Assembly: GCF_902652985.1 (NCBI RefSeq)
Contig: NC_047018.1
Span: 11,718,001-11,782,000, forward strand
Origin: Pecten maximus
Taxonomy: Eukaryota
Reading direction: 5' to 3'
DNA length: 64,000 nt
Shown: in pieces, positions 1 to 18,926 of the stretch
Layout of the letters: every line of letters starts with the position of its first letter
Position numbering within the stretch: position 1 is the stretch's first letter
Made by a program: the position numbers and the translations under genes
The notes under the pieces: generated by a model
Database searches by the model: none
Told to the model about the DNA's origin: nothing
Seen by the model: the letters and a program-made list of their open reading frames with translations, nothing else

Positions 1-358
1 TTCAATTTCCAAATTAAATTTAACAAGTAACTTATAGCATTTGCAAAAAGCTTCATGCAAATACACTTTTTCCTTCTGTCCAAATTCAAGATAGCCAAAT
101 AAAAGAAAATTATCAAAATGGGACTAAATGATGTTGATTATTTGGATTTTAAACTGACTTGTAATTCAAGGAAATTATTATTGAGAAAGTAATCAAATTG
201 CGATATATCAACATGTATGATACACAAACATGCATTTGGTTGTAAATCCTTATTTTGTCTTATGCTACAATGAGATTCTTGGTTAATCCCAAAGATTAGC
301 ATTGCATCATAATCTGGGGTCTGTATTGTCGGACCTACAGAGGTATAGAACAGCTTAC

Positions 359-2555
359 CTTTAATCCCATGAGATAATCATCTATTGAGCTCTCCCTCTC
401 TTTCTTAGTGTTGCCCATAATCTGTGAACAAAGCCAAATGCCATATAATAAATCGATTAATAAACATCTGTTAAGACACTACTACCTGGTATATAAATAG
501 TACACTTATGGTACATATGGGTTAGTAGATCTGACAATTGTCACACACCTTAACTTGTACAGGTATAAATCTCTGCTGTTTTATACCTGAGGTCACTCAC
601 CTGGATACAATTCTACTGCCTCATTACTAGTAGGTACTACATGTAGTACTAGTTCATTAATTGTGGTCACCAGGAGAGACTGGTTCAGTATTGGAGAACA
701 CTTACCTGGAACCCTGGTTTAAAACTATATAATTCAGGATACTATTACATATGACATTTTAATTAATCTACACAAATTATTTTATGTACAATAGACTATC
801 AATAAGCTACAGATTTAAAACAAACAAACCAGAAAGTAATTCTTAATGCAGAACTAACTACCGAAACTTAAAACTAGTTAAAATCATCTTCATTTAAATT
901 AATAATTATAATGCTTTCATTGCATGTTTTTGAGTAAGTAAAGACATAAATGTTTACTTTTTTTTTCAAATTTATAACTAGAATATAACTACTTACACTG
1001 TCATTCCACTTCATCAACATTCATTGCCTATTACTTTGGCTTCTGCTATCAAATGGATTACAACTATGGACAAAATATCTAATGCAAGGCAAAAGTTGCA
1101 AGAAAATTATTCTATTCTATGAAATAACACTTACCCAGAGTCAGATTTTAGATAATGACTAGAACACTAGCTGAACTAACCTGTAATGGTACAGCCATAT
1201 CCCCAGATGTCAAGGCACCAACACTAGATGTCAACCCGCCACCAGGGTCAAATCGGTCCAGAGTAAACTTGACACCTTCCCCATCTTCAATAAAACAAAA
1301 ATGATATTAAAAACTGTTTGAGTTGGAAACTAAATAATTCTATTTAAAGGAAATTCATCATGTATTTAGAAATGTAGCATTAAAACATTGAGTCATTGAT
1401 AACAATAAGGCGTAAGACACCACCATATACAATCAAATATTACTAGGGATATATCATAAGGTGTAAAACGCCACCATATACAATTAAATATTACTAGGGA
1501 TATATCATACCTTCATCAATGGAGAGTGAGCCTACTAGGGCACATGAACATTCCTGCTGTCCCGTGCTCTGTAAATGGCGCTGAGCAAAACGAATTACAC
1601 GCTCCAGTACACATAACTTGGGTTTCCTGCGAGGAAAAGTTCAGACTACTTGTTACATCAGAATTAAAATTATAAACATGAGAAAATACTGGTATATACT
1701 GTACTGCATGGTACAATCTTGTGTTTTCACAGATATGATCAAAAGAATGACATTATTCTAACATGTTATAGGAATTAGTTTTACCACACAGCATGAATGA
1801 TTACCAGGAAACAGATTTTTATCTTACCTGTAATAGGATATGTGCAGCTGTACTGGAGTGTCTATACATTTGTGATCCCAAAGAATTCCCCGAGTATTTG
1901 GGAACTTTAACATTTGATTTTCATCTGAAGAGCTGAAAAGAAATCAAGTATATATATATATATGTACCTAGTAAAGGATCAATTACAAGACTTCAAAAAT
2001 CACAATTCAATTAAATTTACTTTTTAACTTATATAGATATTCTCATGTAGGCAATATAAAAGCAACTGAAGCTGGCATTTCCAAAATGATGTTGATATTG
2101 ACTAAATTTTCAAATCCCAACAGCAAGCTGTTTGAATGTATCCTCATCTCAAAAGCTAGCAGCTTAAGGTTATTTGCAAAAGTTAAACAGAAAACAGAAA
2201 TATATATACCGTATATAATTTTTTTTTTGCTTGCTAGGTACTAAACTAACTTTTTTTCTCTATACATGATAATTATTATATTCTGATACTTTGGATTACC
2301 AACACTTGACAACTTGCTCTACAGTTCTGGAGCACCATTATAAGAAAGCTGTCGGTATGTATTAAGTTAGACCACAACAAATGTATAAATCTGATTATGT
2401 AATTGTTTACGATTCTAGTTGTACCTTTTCTTCTGTCTTTGTATTTCTCCATTCCGATTCAATTCTACGGAGGATACGGGTGATGATTCAAAGTGAACAT
2501 GTGGATGCATCTGAAAGTTGTTGGGTAGGTTTTTCACCTCCCCTGGCATTGCCAT
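359..2555 (-). CDS. STIL: SCL/TAL1-interrupting locus protein (centriole duplication factor), 5' portion; gene continues beyond the left edge
   Basis: Phase-consistent GT-AG exons on the - strand: 2425-2555 (ATG at 2555, in-frame TAA just upstream), 1828-1932, 1511-1626, 1181-1284, 359-421. Spliced translation MAMPGEVKNL...FPNTRGILWDHKCIDTPVQLHISYYRKPKLCVLERVIRFAQRHLQSTGQQECSCALVGSLSIDEDGEGVKFTLDRFDPG...GDMAVPLQ...SIDDYLMGLK matches the STIL N-terminal domain as recalled (LHLSYYRNPKL...FLLGSL..DEDEEGVTLTVDRFDPG). The start codon is less certain than the internal exons. Confidence 0.9.
1405..1509. repeat. 51-bp tandem duplication abutting a STIL splice donor
   Basis: ataagg(c/t)gtaa(g/a)ac(a/g)ccaccatatacaat(c/t)aaatattactagggatatatc occurs twice and ends at the donor at 1510/1511. 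Confidence 0.9.
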
Positions 2556-3779
2556 TGAAAATTAGATCTGAAATTATATAATACATGTATTAGTAAAAAA
2601 AATTATGATGTTCAAAAACTTATACATATGATATAACTTACAAGGTATTTATGCCATCAATGCAATTTTTATTTCATGATATTGTGTGGAGAAACATATT
2701 TTTATCTGTTGTAAACAAAAATGACCATGGCTTATTCTAAGGTTGGGCAACTGAAAACCATGAATAGTGGATACATTTATTTAAACTCAGGTTTTTTAGA
2801 TGACAGTCATAGTTATTTTTACTTCATTGTTATCTTCCAGGAAAATGGCAGATTACTTGTTAATCATTCATCAAATCTATTTTCAAGAGCTGTATATCTT
2901 CCTATGTACACTAGCTCTACATTATATCTGGGCTCAGAATGTCAGAAGTGGATATTTTTACCAGGTGGCCTATTTGGCTACCAAGACATAACATCTAGGA
3001 GCCATGAATTGGCATTGTCGATGATGACAACTCCATATGTTATCTATAGGAGATTGAGAATCAATCTTTCTTGGAGCTAAGCTGAAGAACTGTTGCTTTT
3101 ATTTAATTGACATAATTAAACCTGGGTTGTCGTTGTCTTCAGGGGTGAAGAGCAGACTTTGTGATTGAGGGATACATGTAAAAGTGGACAGTGTAAGTGA
3201 AGGTCATCTTTCTAGCTCAGTCTAGCAGGAATTTTCCATTAAGTCTAGCACTAGGATGCCAGCTAGATGTAGAGGTCACTATAGTCTCACACAGGCATGG
3301 TATTTTTCATTACTACTAATTCCTTATTTCACTTGCACCACCAGTTTGGTTCTCAGAAATAATTATATTAAAATCATGTATTTTGTTAAAAGTGTCAAAT
3401 AAAATTTACTTGAACATGATCAACAGCAACAAATAATCTTTCGCTGATTATCAGTGTAAATATAAACTATAATTTCATTAATTTGGCATATATATGTGGA
3501 TACAAATGATTAGAATCATATTGAAAGTTAAGATTAAGTTAAAAATCCTCAAACAATGACATTCCAAAATGAAAAATACATACCTTATGACAGAGTACAT
3601 ATTGTAACAAGCAACGGAATAGTTAACGTTTTGCATGTTTCAAGTTATTTGAAATGTAAATCACACACAATACGCCGGTATAAAATCCCATTTCCACTGG
3701 CAAATATATATTAACAGTTGCGACTTATCACACGGCTCAATGAATTAAACCCTCATCGTTTTTCTTGCCGCTTGCCTCG

Positions 3780-4360
3780 GTCTCTCTAAAAATGCAACGC
3801 ACTAGGCTAATACACACTTGTTCAAGGCACATCTTAAACACGCCCCGGCATGTTTACAGTCATCCGCGAACTCGAGAATATTTCAAGAAACAAGTTCAGA
3901 TAAACTTTGTATGTGAACAAAACTATTAATAACATTAAGCATACTCTAATTTTTGCACTAGATAAGGAGTTAATCGAAATAAAGCAATATTTTTTCTATA
4001 ATCTCTCTAAAAAGATGTTTGTTTACAACCGGAAGTCGGCTTATTCTAAAGCCGTTGTAGCAAGAATATTCACGTGTATGGAATTCTAATGTTTTAGGCT
4101 TCCATAGTCATCCCGTTGAAAATGCTGGGCAGAGAAGCACTTGTTGTGGCTAAAAGTATCTGCGATCATCATTTTTCATTAAAAAAAATGTTTAAAACAC
4201 CACAGTTCACTTACCTTCTGTAGGAAAACATTGGCGCTTCGTACTCAAAATTTTAATTCACTGCGCATGTAAAAATAATCACTTCCGGTTGTTGTGGCCG
4301 GTAGGTACGTTACAGTAGTGTAGCAGGAACACGTCGACACGCTTTTTCAGTGGGTTCTTG
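3780..4360. promoter_or_regulatory. Putative bidirectional promoter and first non-coding exons of STIL (-) and CMPK1 (+)
   Basis: Local CpG enrichment; ETS-type CCGGAAGT sites at about 4029-4037 (+) and 4281-4288 (-); NRF1-like TGCGCATG at 4262-4269. Divergent donors: - strand AAG|GTAAGT at 4215/4214 and + strand TTG|GTATGT at 4360/4361. Confidence 0.6.
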
Positions 4361-5559
4361 GTATGTTAACTATTGATTGAAACTTTATTCAGTATGGGCA
4401 ATATTTCTATATTTCAAATGATCAACTGTCAGCATGATTAAGGCAAATTTACCTGTCGTGATTCGAGATTTTTGAACCCGTCAACTCGGTCAATTATTGA
4501 GATATTTCGCCCCCGGGTATACAATTGTAAAAAGTCAGTTCGTCCTCCTTTTTGTAATAGAGACAATTCGGCCTTTATTGATATGTATAGATTTTATTGA
4601 AAATTTCATTTAGTTTAGAAATGAACCGTATGAAAATGATCTCTCATATTTTAGTTACATATTATTGTGAGTGTTTGTCACCGGATTAAAAATCTTATAC
4701 ATATTGTTAAAATTTGTATAATACATCAAAATGTTGCCAACCCATGCCACTTGTCTCTGCAGTAAAAAAATGATAACCTTCATCTATCGTAGTTTATATG
4801 GTTAACAAGCAACATAAGCTCTGTAGAGCTTTTATTACGATGATGCTAAGGGAACAATATCGTTTTGTTATACCCATAGGAGGAAAACCAATGTGCCATC
4901 AGTGGGGCATCTTCGGTAGCCAAGGTTTCTGATTACGTTACACTCCACGAACCCTTGGCAGATATAGTTGTCAGTTTTGGCCCTCTAGCAGAGATTCAAA
5001 ATTACCACCCTTTACGCATGAAATTTTCGACCAATTAAAACAAGCTTTACCGATGTACTTCATCTGGGATGTTTACAAACACACGTGGAGGCTTGTGTCA
5101 TTTTGATAAGATATGTGATCAATTACAAGGTAGTTCTGTTTACTGGGTGCCGCAATTGTTGTTTACTGCGAAACCAAGCCTATATGTAAAATGCGATTTG
5201 AATGGATGCCCTGGGACTCCAGGGTGCAACAGTTTAAAGACAACTATATCTGCCAAGGGATCGTGGAGTGTAGCGTAAAAAAGAAGCCTTGGCTAGTGAA
5301 AATGTTGGTGTCATATGTCAGACAAACAGACATCATGCCGTCAGGGGAGAGTAGTCTGAAGCTCACGCATGACAGCACTGACAACTATTAGTGCATTAAC
5401 GATAACTGCTACTGAGTCACCCATGTATTTGATTTGATTTAAGCACATCTTATTTGTACAAATATTTTCATAATATACATGTAGGGATGAGACACAAGTT
5501 AAAAACTTTGATATGATATATCTCACATAGATAACAGGGGTTCATTGCAAATGATTTGA

Positions 5560-6700
5560 TATATATATGGATATATGTCCCTCCACAAGGGTCAAGAAGC
5601 TACTTCCTGATTAACATGGGACACCATTTTTCAAACAAACATCTGCAACACTCTCATTCTTTTTCCATCAGAACAGGTGCCCCTAGCTGTTCATCTAAGC
5701 ATAATGTCAAAGACCTTTAGATTCTGACTAGCAGCTTTTTATTTTTTAGTCCACATTCTGCGATCCTCTCTCATGATCACATTCCGAAGAATTTGGTCTT
5801 GATGCTGTGCTACTAGATCCACCAATCAATTCTAAATCCTTTCTCAGCATATCCATAGTTTCTTCTAGAACAGGCCTTAACTTTTCTCCTGTGTCTCCTG
5901 TAATCTGTTTCTCTTCTTAAAGATCTCTTACAAATTCTACACTTATACCCAGTCTTAATATGTCCATGTGTCATATCAACATGCATCTTCAGTTTTCGTA
6001 AACTACATGATGCAAGGTATTCTTATGGTTTTCTTTGGGTTTCTTCTTTGTATACCATTTGTGTCTGCCTTTATGATATCATATTCAGGCCTGTGTGCCA
6101 TTTCCATAGAATAAGAATCCAAGGCTCCTGTTGTCTCAATTGACAGTAAATGTTATACATGTTAGTTAGTATGCCGATATCTTGGACATCATTAACATTA
6201 TGACCCTGCTGCGTAAAATCATATTTGACATTTGTTGTACATATTGTATGCTGCATACCCTACATGTTATAAGGTATATAACATTAACAAGTGATGTTCT
6301 CTTTAATTTTATGTGATTCTTTAGTAGCGCTGCTAATTAATACTTTATTTGATGCCATAGATTTACATATATAATACCATTTGGGCAAATTTTTCTCTGT
6401 AAGATTATGTTTGTATCTTGTATAACTGCCTTATGCTCAATTGCTTTTTCTATGATGATATTTAAGAAAGTATCTAATGCAGCATTTTTACCTGTAGCTG
6501 GTGTCCAACCTGATGGTTTCCTTAATGGATTAGGTATTTTTTCAGAAATGATGTCTGAGACGTACCCTACGATTAAACATATATATTTTCGTATCCGTAA
6601 AAGAAAAAAATCTCTGGTATATTTGGTATCGGACAAAAGTTTAATACCTTTGCTATAATCTCTAGTTCGACTTTGTTGAGAACATTACTAGATAAATTAT
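5560..6700 (-). mobile_element. Degenerate retroelement fragment, probably Penelope-like
   Basis: Broken reading frames on the - strand, including NPLRKPSGWTPATGKNAALDTFL (6337..6636). This resembles the region preceding the RT in Penelope-like elements (from memory). Boundaries are approximate. Confidence 0.4.
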
Positions 6701-7005
6701 TCATGCTGCTATAATCTCCTTTTAATTTTGTTTATTCAAATTTGTTGTGTGGGTTGAATTATATTATGAATTATCAGAGAGGATACATATATATGATAGT
6801 CATCAAGAAGTAATGAGGGATATTATGAAATATATGGGGGGGTTACATATATGATATAAGATATATATCATTTTTATATCAGCCTTGGTATTTCATACTA
6901 CAGTCTTTCAGCTGACTTCAACTGTATACTCATACATTCTCCTCTTTGATTGGTTTACATTGACTCCTTCCTGCACCTAACTCTATCTTGTATGTCCCTA
7001 TATAT

Positions 7006-7840
7006 CACCTCCTGCTCCTCCAACCTACATTCTGTCTTGTCTGATTGGTCACTCCTGCTCCTCCAACCTACATTCTATCTTGTCTGATTGATCATTATCG
7101 TCACCTCCTGTTCCTCCAACCTACATTCTATCTTGTCTAATTGGTCACTATCGTCACCTCCTGTTCCTCCAACCTACATTCTATCTTGTCTGATTGATCA
7201 TTATCGTCACCTCCTGCTCCTCCAACCTACATTCTGTCTTGTCTGATTGGTCACTCCTGCTCCTCCAACCTACATTCTATCTTGTCTGATTGGTCACTAT
7301 CGGCACCTCCTGTTCCTCCAACCTACATTCTATCTTGTCTGATTGGTCACTCCTGTTCCTCCAACCTACATTCTGTCTTGTCTGATTGGTCACCTCCTGC
7401 TCCTCCAACCTACATTCTATCTTGTCTGATTGGTCACTCCTGTTCCTCCAACCTACATTCTATCTTGTCTGATTGGTCACCTCCTGTTCCTCCAACCTAC
7501 ATTCTATCTTGTCTGATTGGTCACTATCGACACCTCCTGTTCCTCCAACCTACATTCTATCTTGTCTGATTGGTCACTATCGACACCTCCTGTTCCTCCA
7601 ACCTACATTCTATCTTGTCTGATTGGTCACTATCGTCACCTGTTCCTCCAACCTACATTCTATCTTGTCTGATTGGTCACCTCCTGTTCCTCCAACCTAC
7701 ATTCTGTCTTGTCTGATTGGTCACCTCCTGCTCCTCCAACCTACATTCTATCTTGTCTGATTGGTCACCTCCTGTTCCTCCAACCTACATTCTATCTTGT
7801 CTGATTGGTCACTATCATCACCTCCTTTTTCTCCAACCTG
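7006..7840. repeat. Minisatellite, about 44-55 bp units (ctcctg(t/c)tcctccaacctacattctatcttgtctgattggtcac, with optional tatcgtcac), about 17 copies
   Basis: Directly visible tandem array in the first intron of CMPK1. Confidence 0.95.
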
Positions 7841-8748
7841 GATGCATGAATACCAATACACTGGTTCCTCGCACTCACTGATTGACAATATTTGAGTTAT
7901 TTTTAGTGATGTTACTAAATATGGACATGTCTACAATACACAACATCCTGTATACACACTGGGCTTGTTACTCTGTAAACTGTCCAATTATCTTATTAAG
8001 TGTAATATATAGTGTGAAATAATTGATCTTTCACACTGGAATTACCATCATGCAAATTCACACTAATTGTATTTTTAGATAAAATTATGTCCGCTATTAA
8101 ACATAGTGTACATAGTGATACAGCGTTATGTAGCAGCTAACTTCACACTAAGGAGGAAATTAACTATAGTTTGATAGGTATTAAGCATCAAAATGATGCT
8201 TTACCTAACAAGCAGAGGGTTCATTCCTCAGTGGAGGCCGGCACAATAACATATTTATTACTTTCCTATTACCTTTGTTGCCGTTCCGCACCCAAAGTTT
8301 AAACCTTGATAGGTGTGGTGTTCTGAGGTGAACATGAGGGATATCAGTTGTTGTCTTGTTGGGTTTTGAGTAAAAGTGGACTCAAGCATCAGCCATACAG
8401 TATTCTTAAATAGTTTACTGTGTTAATATATCTCCTCTAGTCTTCATTCAGTGATATGGTCACCTCCTTGGCTTTGCACTAAGTGAACTCCATTTAACTG
8501 TAACATGATCATTTGCAGAAGCTGATTGGCTAGCTGAGGGTCCTGAATTTTATCTCTGGTTGAGGTACACTAATTGCGTTTCTGTTACAAATGCAAAGCG
8601 TATGAAAGAAAACTATGTATTTTTCTCCAGATCATTCCGAAAGATCATCCAGCAAAAATCAAGATTTTTAATTCAATCTTCCGCCATTGTGCCCCAAAGT
8701 TCCGTCACTACATCTGGAAAAAAATCCTTGACAGGAGGCTTGCAAATC

Positions 8749-14340
<5,592 letters not shown>

Positions 14341-17300
14341 TTCTGATGAAGAGATATGTTGTAGCTGTGCTTACAAAACTTTCAATCCATGGCAGTGAGG
14401 GATTCTTTGTTGATGGAATGATCAACATTCCGTGGTTTATATATAGTGTAATTGCTAATATAGTGGTGTCAAACATTTTACTATTTTGTGGCAGTTCGTG
14501 TACAATGAAATATGGTAGGTAGGAAAACTTATCATTACTTCTTGCTTTGTTTTTTATTCGTCGCAAGGATTTTTTCATAAAATGATAAGACCCGATAGTT
14601 CTCTGGTCCTTCATCGTTCATTGTCCATTTTATTCTACAGGGATTCATTGTAACTGTGTTTTATTGTTATGGCTTATCAAAGTGCCTGTCGTATTATAGA
14701 GTGCAGGTATTTTTGGTATCACTTTCTGGGAATGTAAGAATGTCAAAAACAAATCTGGTTCCTCCCCATGCTAATCTCTTTTGGTAAAATACATTTGTAC
14801 AATCATTACACACCTCTCCCGTGTCAATTTGAACCAATATCTATGCCCCCATACCTATCTAAGTTTACACTCCAAAACAATTGATATCTACTATGTTTTT
14901 CATATATCTCCAAATGGTATCAGTTTGTAGTACCAGAAAGGAAATTTTAAAAATATGTCGCAAATAACTATACAGGTTTTTGGTTTTATTCACACAAAAA
15001 TTATTTAACATTGATTGGCTACTTTTTTATTGGTGGATAATACTTGTATTGTCTCAAACTTAGTGGATGTTGATAGCTATTATCAACTTTTTTTATCACC
15101 TCATTTTGGCCTAAACTACGGTGCTTCCTTATGAGTATAAACAGATTCAGTAAGATTTTGTGTGGAGTGAGTTGAGACACAATGATATGATTATGATCTT
15201 AATAGAGTTTTCATTTCATATGAAATTTTATGAAATAAATCTTAAAAGTTTTAAAATCAAGCTGAGGCAGCCATTTTGTTGCGCCATTCCAATTGATACC
15301 GTAACGCTATTGTCCTTATTTTGACTTCATAATAAATTTCTGCCTGGCGCCACCAATGAAAACTACTCGAGGGTTAATTATACCCAGGATGTTTGTTTTT
15401 ATGTTTTTAAGAATTTCCAATTTCATAATTATGATTAAGTGCTTTATCGGATGTTTTACTCGTTAGCTCCTTTTTTCGCGATATTTACCAATTTCATTTG
15501 AAGGGTAGACACTTGCTCTATAAATAAACTTGCTTTCTTGCCATTTCAGTAAAGATTAAAGTTATTTTTATGGTTTATATCTCAATAAAATATTGAAAGA
15601 GACTTTATTGCAAGAAACAAAGCATATTCATGACAACTTTTTCACTCAGGATAAGATTGTGTATGTTGTCACATGGCAGAAGAACTTTTGACAAGGATGG
15701 TAATTTTATTTATTGAGTAATCCTTTATCGGTCCACATCCAATTGTATCCTGAAATCCTATTCTGTATTCTGGTAGTACGTTTACAAACTATACACCTGC
15801 TCCAATTAACACATTTTTTCAGATACTTTCTGTGGCTAGGTGTGCTCAACATTCAAACCATGTTCTATGGTTGATTACAGATATGCATGTTCTCCGATTT
15901 GATATTGATATTGGGTTATTTTTTAGATGTTATTTCGGCAAACATTTAAGGAGTTTATCTGTATGTTGACAGCTCATCTCATTTATTCTATTTTTGCCGA
16001 AAATTTGAACAAATATTTGATTTGATGGCCCTATCTAGGTCACTTCCAGTGTAAACGTGAATACATGTGTTTTTATTATCTGCATCACTTGTGTGTAATA
16101 TGCGACATTCAATCTAGCTCTCTCCAAAGTCCAGCGGTTATAAACATAAGTTGGAATTCTTTCCTGGTGTATGAAGCATATACTGAAGGGAGGACATAGT
16201 GTTGGCTATATCTGTCTATAATTTGGACAGCTGTGTACATGTATCTAAATTTACCAGGCACCTTTTGACTTGCATCATACAACTGTTCAGAAGTTCCTGG
16301 TATAATGTCATGACACTGCAATAGAAATAGTTATCATCTACACTGTATAATCTATATTATCCAATGGAATTCAGGGCCCTGAACATTAATTTATACTATG
16401 AATGTCATTACATGTAATCATCAAGACATTTGTTTTGAATGCACTCGGGTAAGATTTTTGTGAAGCTTCAAAGAAGCATCCAGCAAGAAATATGATGGAG
16501 AAATGCCCAGTCCATATTGTCTAGTTTTTGTATAGAACCACAAACCCAAGGTGTGTAACAAAATAATTATGTATATCACATTCTCGATCTCCATCACCTG
16601 TCAACCTAATGCGATACCATCTGTAATGACATGAAACAAAGGGAAGTAACTGATCAGAATGATATATCATTGATAAGCTCTCTCTTTTTTTTGTTCAGAT
16701 TAAAGTAATAAGTAATTTGATATTGATTATTTATGCTGCATCATGTTAAAGTATATTGATTTATGGTTACAATTTTTATTAATGCATACAATTAAATAAA
16801 GTGCAAATGTGGAACTTTCTAATTTTTTGTGTTTCATTTTTTTTTATTGATTTCCTCCTGTCTTTGTTGGGTAAAATTGATGCCACAATATACCCATAAT
16901 TTCCAGCAATGTGCCAAGGTACTGTGTATGTTTAGCATTTAGACATGTAGCTTAGTAACACAAAGAAAACTCTTTGAGTCTTGCCTAACCAGGCCTCAAA
17001 CTCAACGGCACCTCGGTCTCCAGAAATACCTGAATCTTTCATCACTACACCAAGTCCATCTTCCCAAAATAGGATGTTTGATATGTCGGTAATGAATAGC
17101 CCGATACTTTGACATGATCATAGTGACAAACCGTCTGTTAGACAAGAATACATTGTCAATGCCCAATGATGTTAAGTTGTTTCCCTGAAAGGAATTGGGA
17201 TTAAGCCACTTTCCGTATTTGATTTTAATCCTGAGCTCCCCTCCTATATTTTTCAACTGATTTCTTTGTAACTTAAATTGGTTGAATTTACAACCATGAT

Positions 17301-18205
17301 ATATAGTTTTGTTTTGACCATTTTTACAAATATTATTGTCCTTTGTTTATTTCAGAGTTTCATTTTAGTGCCGAGATCCTACATTTTTTTGCCAGACTTC
17401 TTTGAAACTTGGTAGGCTTTATAAACCTGATTAGTGATTTTCTTTGAACTCTTAGAATATAAACCATTGACTTTGTAGTGCGGGTTGAAGCATGCCACCT
17501 AATCACTCATATTAAAGGTGATGCAAATCTTATTTTCAATAAATACATGTATAAGATAGTTCATGTATATAGAACTACCGTATATGGCATTTGGCGGGCG
17601 TATATTTTTCTGCTACATGATACTCCTGTTAACAATTTGTTTCTATGGTTACACATAAACTCTGAATCCGAAAGGCACCACTAGACTACTATAGCAATGT
17701 GTATACCTGGTCTCATGAAGTTATACTTCAGAAACAGTAATATTTAGATTTTAACCAATTGTTCCCATGGTTACCAAAAAATTATGTAAAACCCAAACCA
17801 CTCCACGTTTTATGCAGTTATCTTCAACAGTTGTGGATTTATGCTTTGGAAATGGTTACATCAAGGTTTTTTTCTGTAGTTACAGGAAAATGTCAGTAGG
17901 CCCCAAAATGTAGTACAATGGAAAGCGCTTGTCACAAGTAACACAAATTTCAAATGTCCAATGCATTTATAAATCCTTTTATAAACATGTATATAAACAT
18001 GTTCATGCATGTCACAATTGAGAAATTCAAGTAAATGATGTATCAAAATTGATAAGTTGAAAAAAGAAGGCATGACATTTTCACTGTTTTCTATTTCTAT
18101 TGTAATCTAGCTCATCTAACAATTTATGTTTGGTACTTTCCAGAAGTTTAATTAATTGTTATTGTTGTACATCACTTGTAACAACATCTTCAGAAGAATA
18201 CTGAC

Positions 18206-18845
18206 AAACAAGAGGTCCAGAGGGCCAGTATTGCTCACCTGGTTGATTTTGACCAAATGTCAAAATAATGTTCACTTTCAATTTGTTATGTTGTTATGGG
18301 GTGGGGATCTCAACAGTTTCAAAGACCCCAGGTCCTATTTTTACATCATGACTATGCCCAACAATGCTATATATGGTTATACGGTTGGGATCTTAATGGT
18401 TTCAAAGATATATCAAAGAAACTAAGTCCCTAGGGTGGGGAAAGACCCCAGGGCCTATATTTATATTATCTCTTGATGTCCAGCTATGATATATATGGTT
18501 ATGGGTTGGGAATCTCAAGGGTTTAAACTAGTAGCAATTTAAAGGATTTACCTGAATTTTCCCTATTGGGCCCTGTCCCTCTGGACCCCAGGGAGCCACA
18601 TCCTCTGTTTACAGAACATTTGATCACCTTTGCCCAATAATGCTTCAGACCAATTTCATCAAAATCCATTCAGGCATTCAGGACTAGTAGGGATTTAAAG
18701 GATTAACCTCAATTTCCCCTACTTGGCCCCTCCCCTCTGGCCCCAGGGGAGCCACACGCTCTGTTGGAAATGTTGATGAACGCTAGACAGATGACGAATG
18801 GACGACAGACGCTGCACCATGACATAAGCTCACCGGCCCTTCACA
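18206..18845 (-). mobile_element. Non-autonomous Helentron/HINE-like element
   Basis: One end has aaacaagagg..., a short imperfect hairpin and gctcacc. The other end has a gacagatgacgaatggacgacagacg microsatellite and agctcaccgg. Internal imperfect repeats. Confidence 0.65.
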
Positions 18846-18926
18846 ACTCAAAACAAATATATGCAAGCTTGTATACATACTATTATGTGTTTTAGTTTAT
18901 TATATAGATTTAATGTTAAATGTTCA

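Noticed and set aside
3122-3900. Additional coding exons of STIL upstream of 2567
   Set aside because: Donor-like sites exist (3121, 3583), but the frames contain stops and an in-frame TAA precedes the ATG at 2555; at most 5' UTR exons.
8560-8748. ORF-track start at 8560 for CMPK1
   Set aside because: It is a TTG upstream of the acceptor at 8630, so it is intronic.
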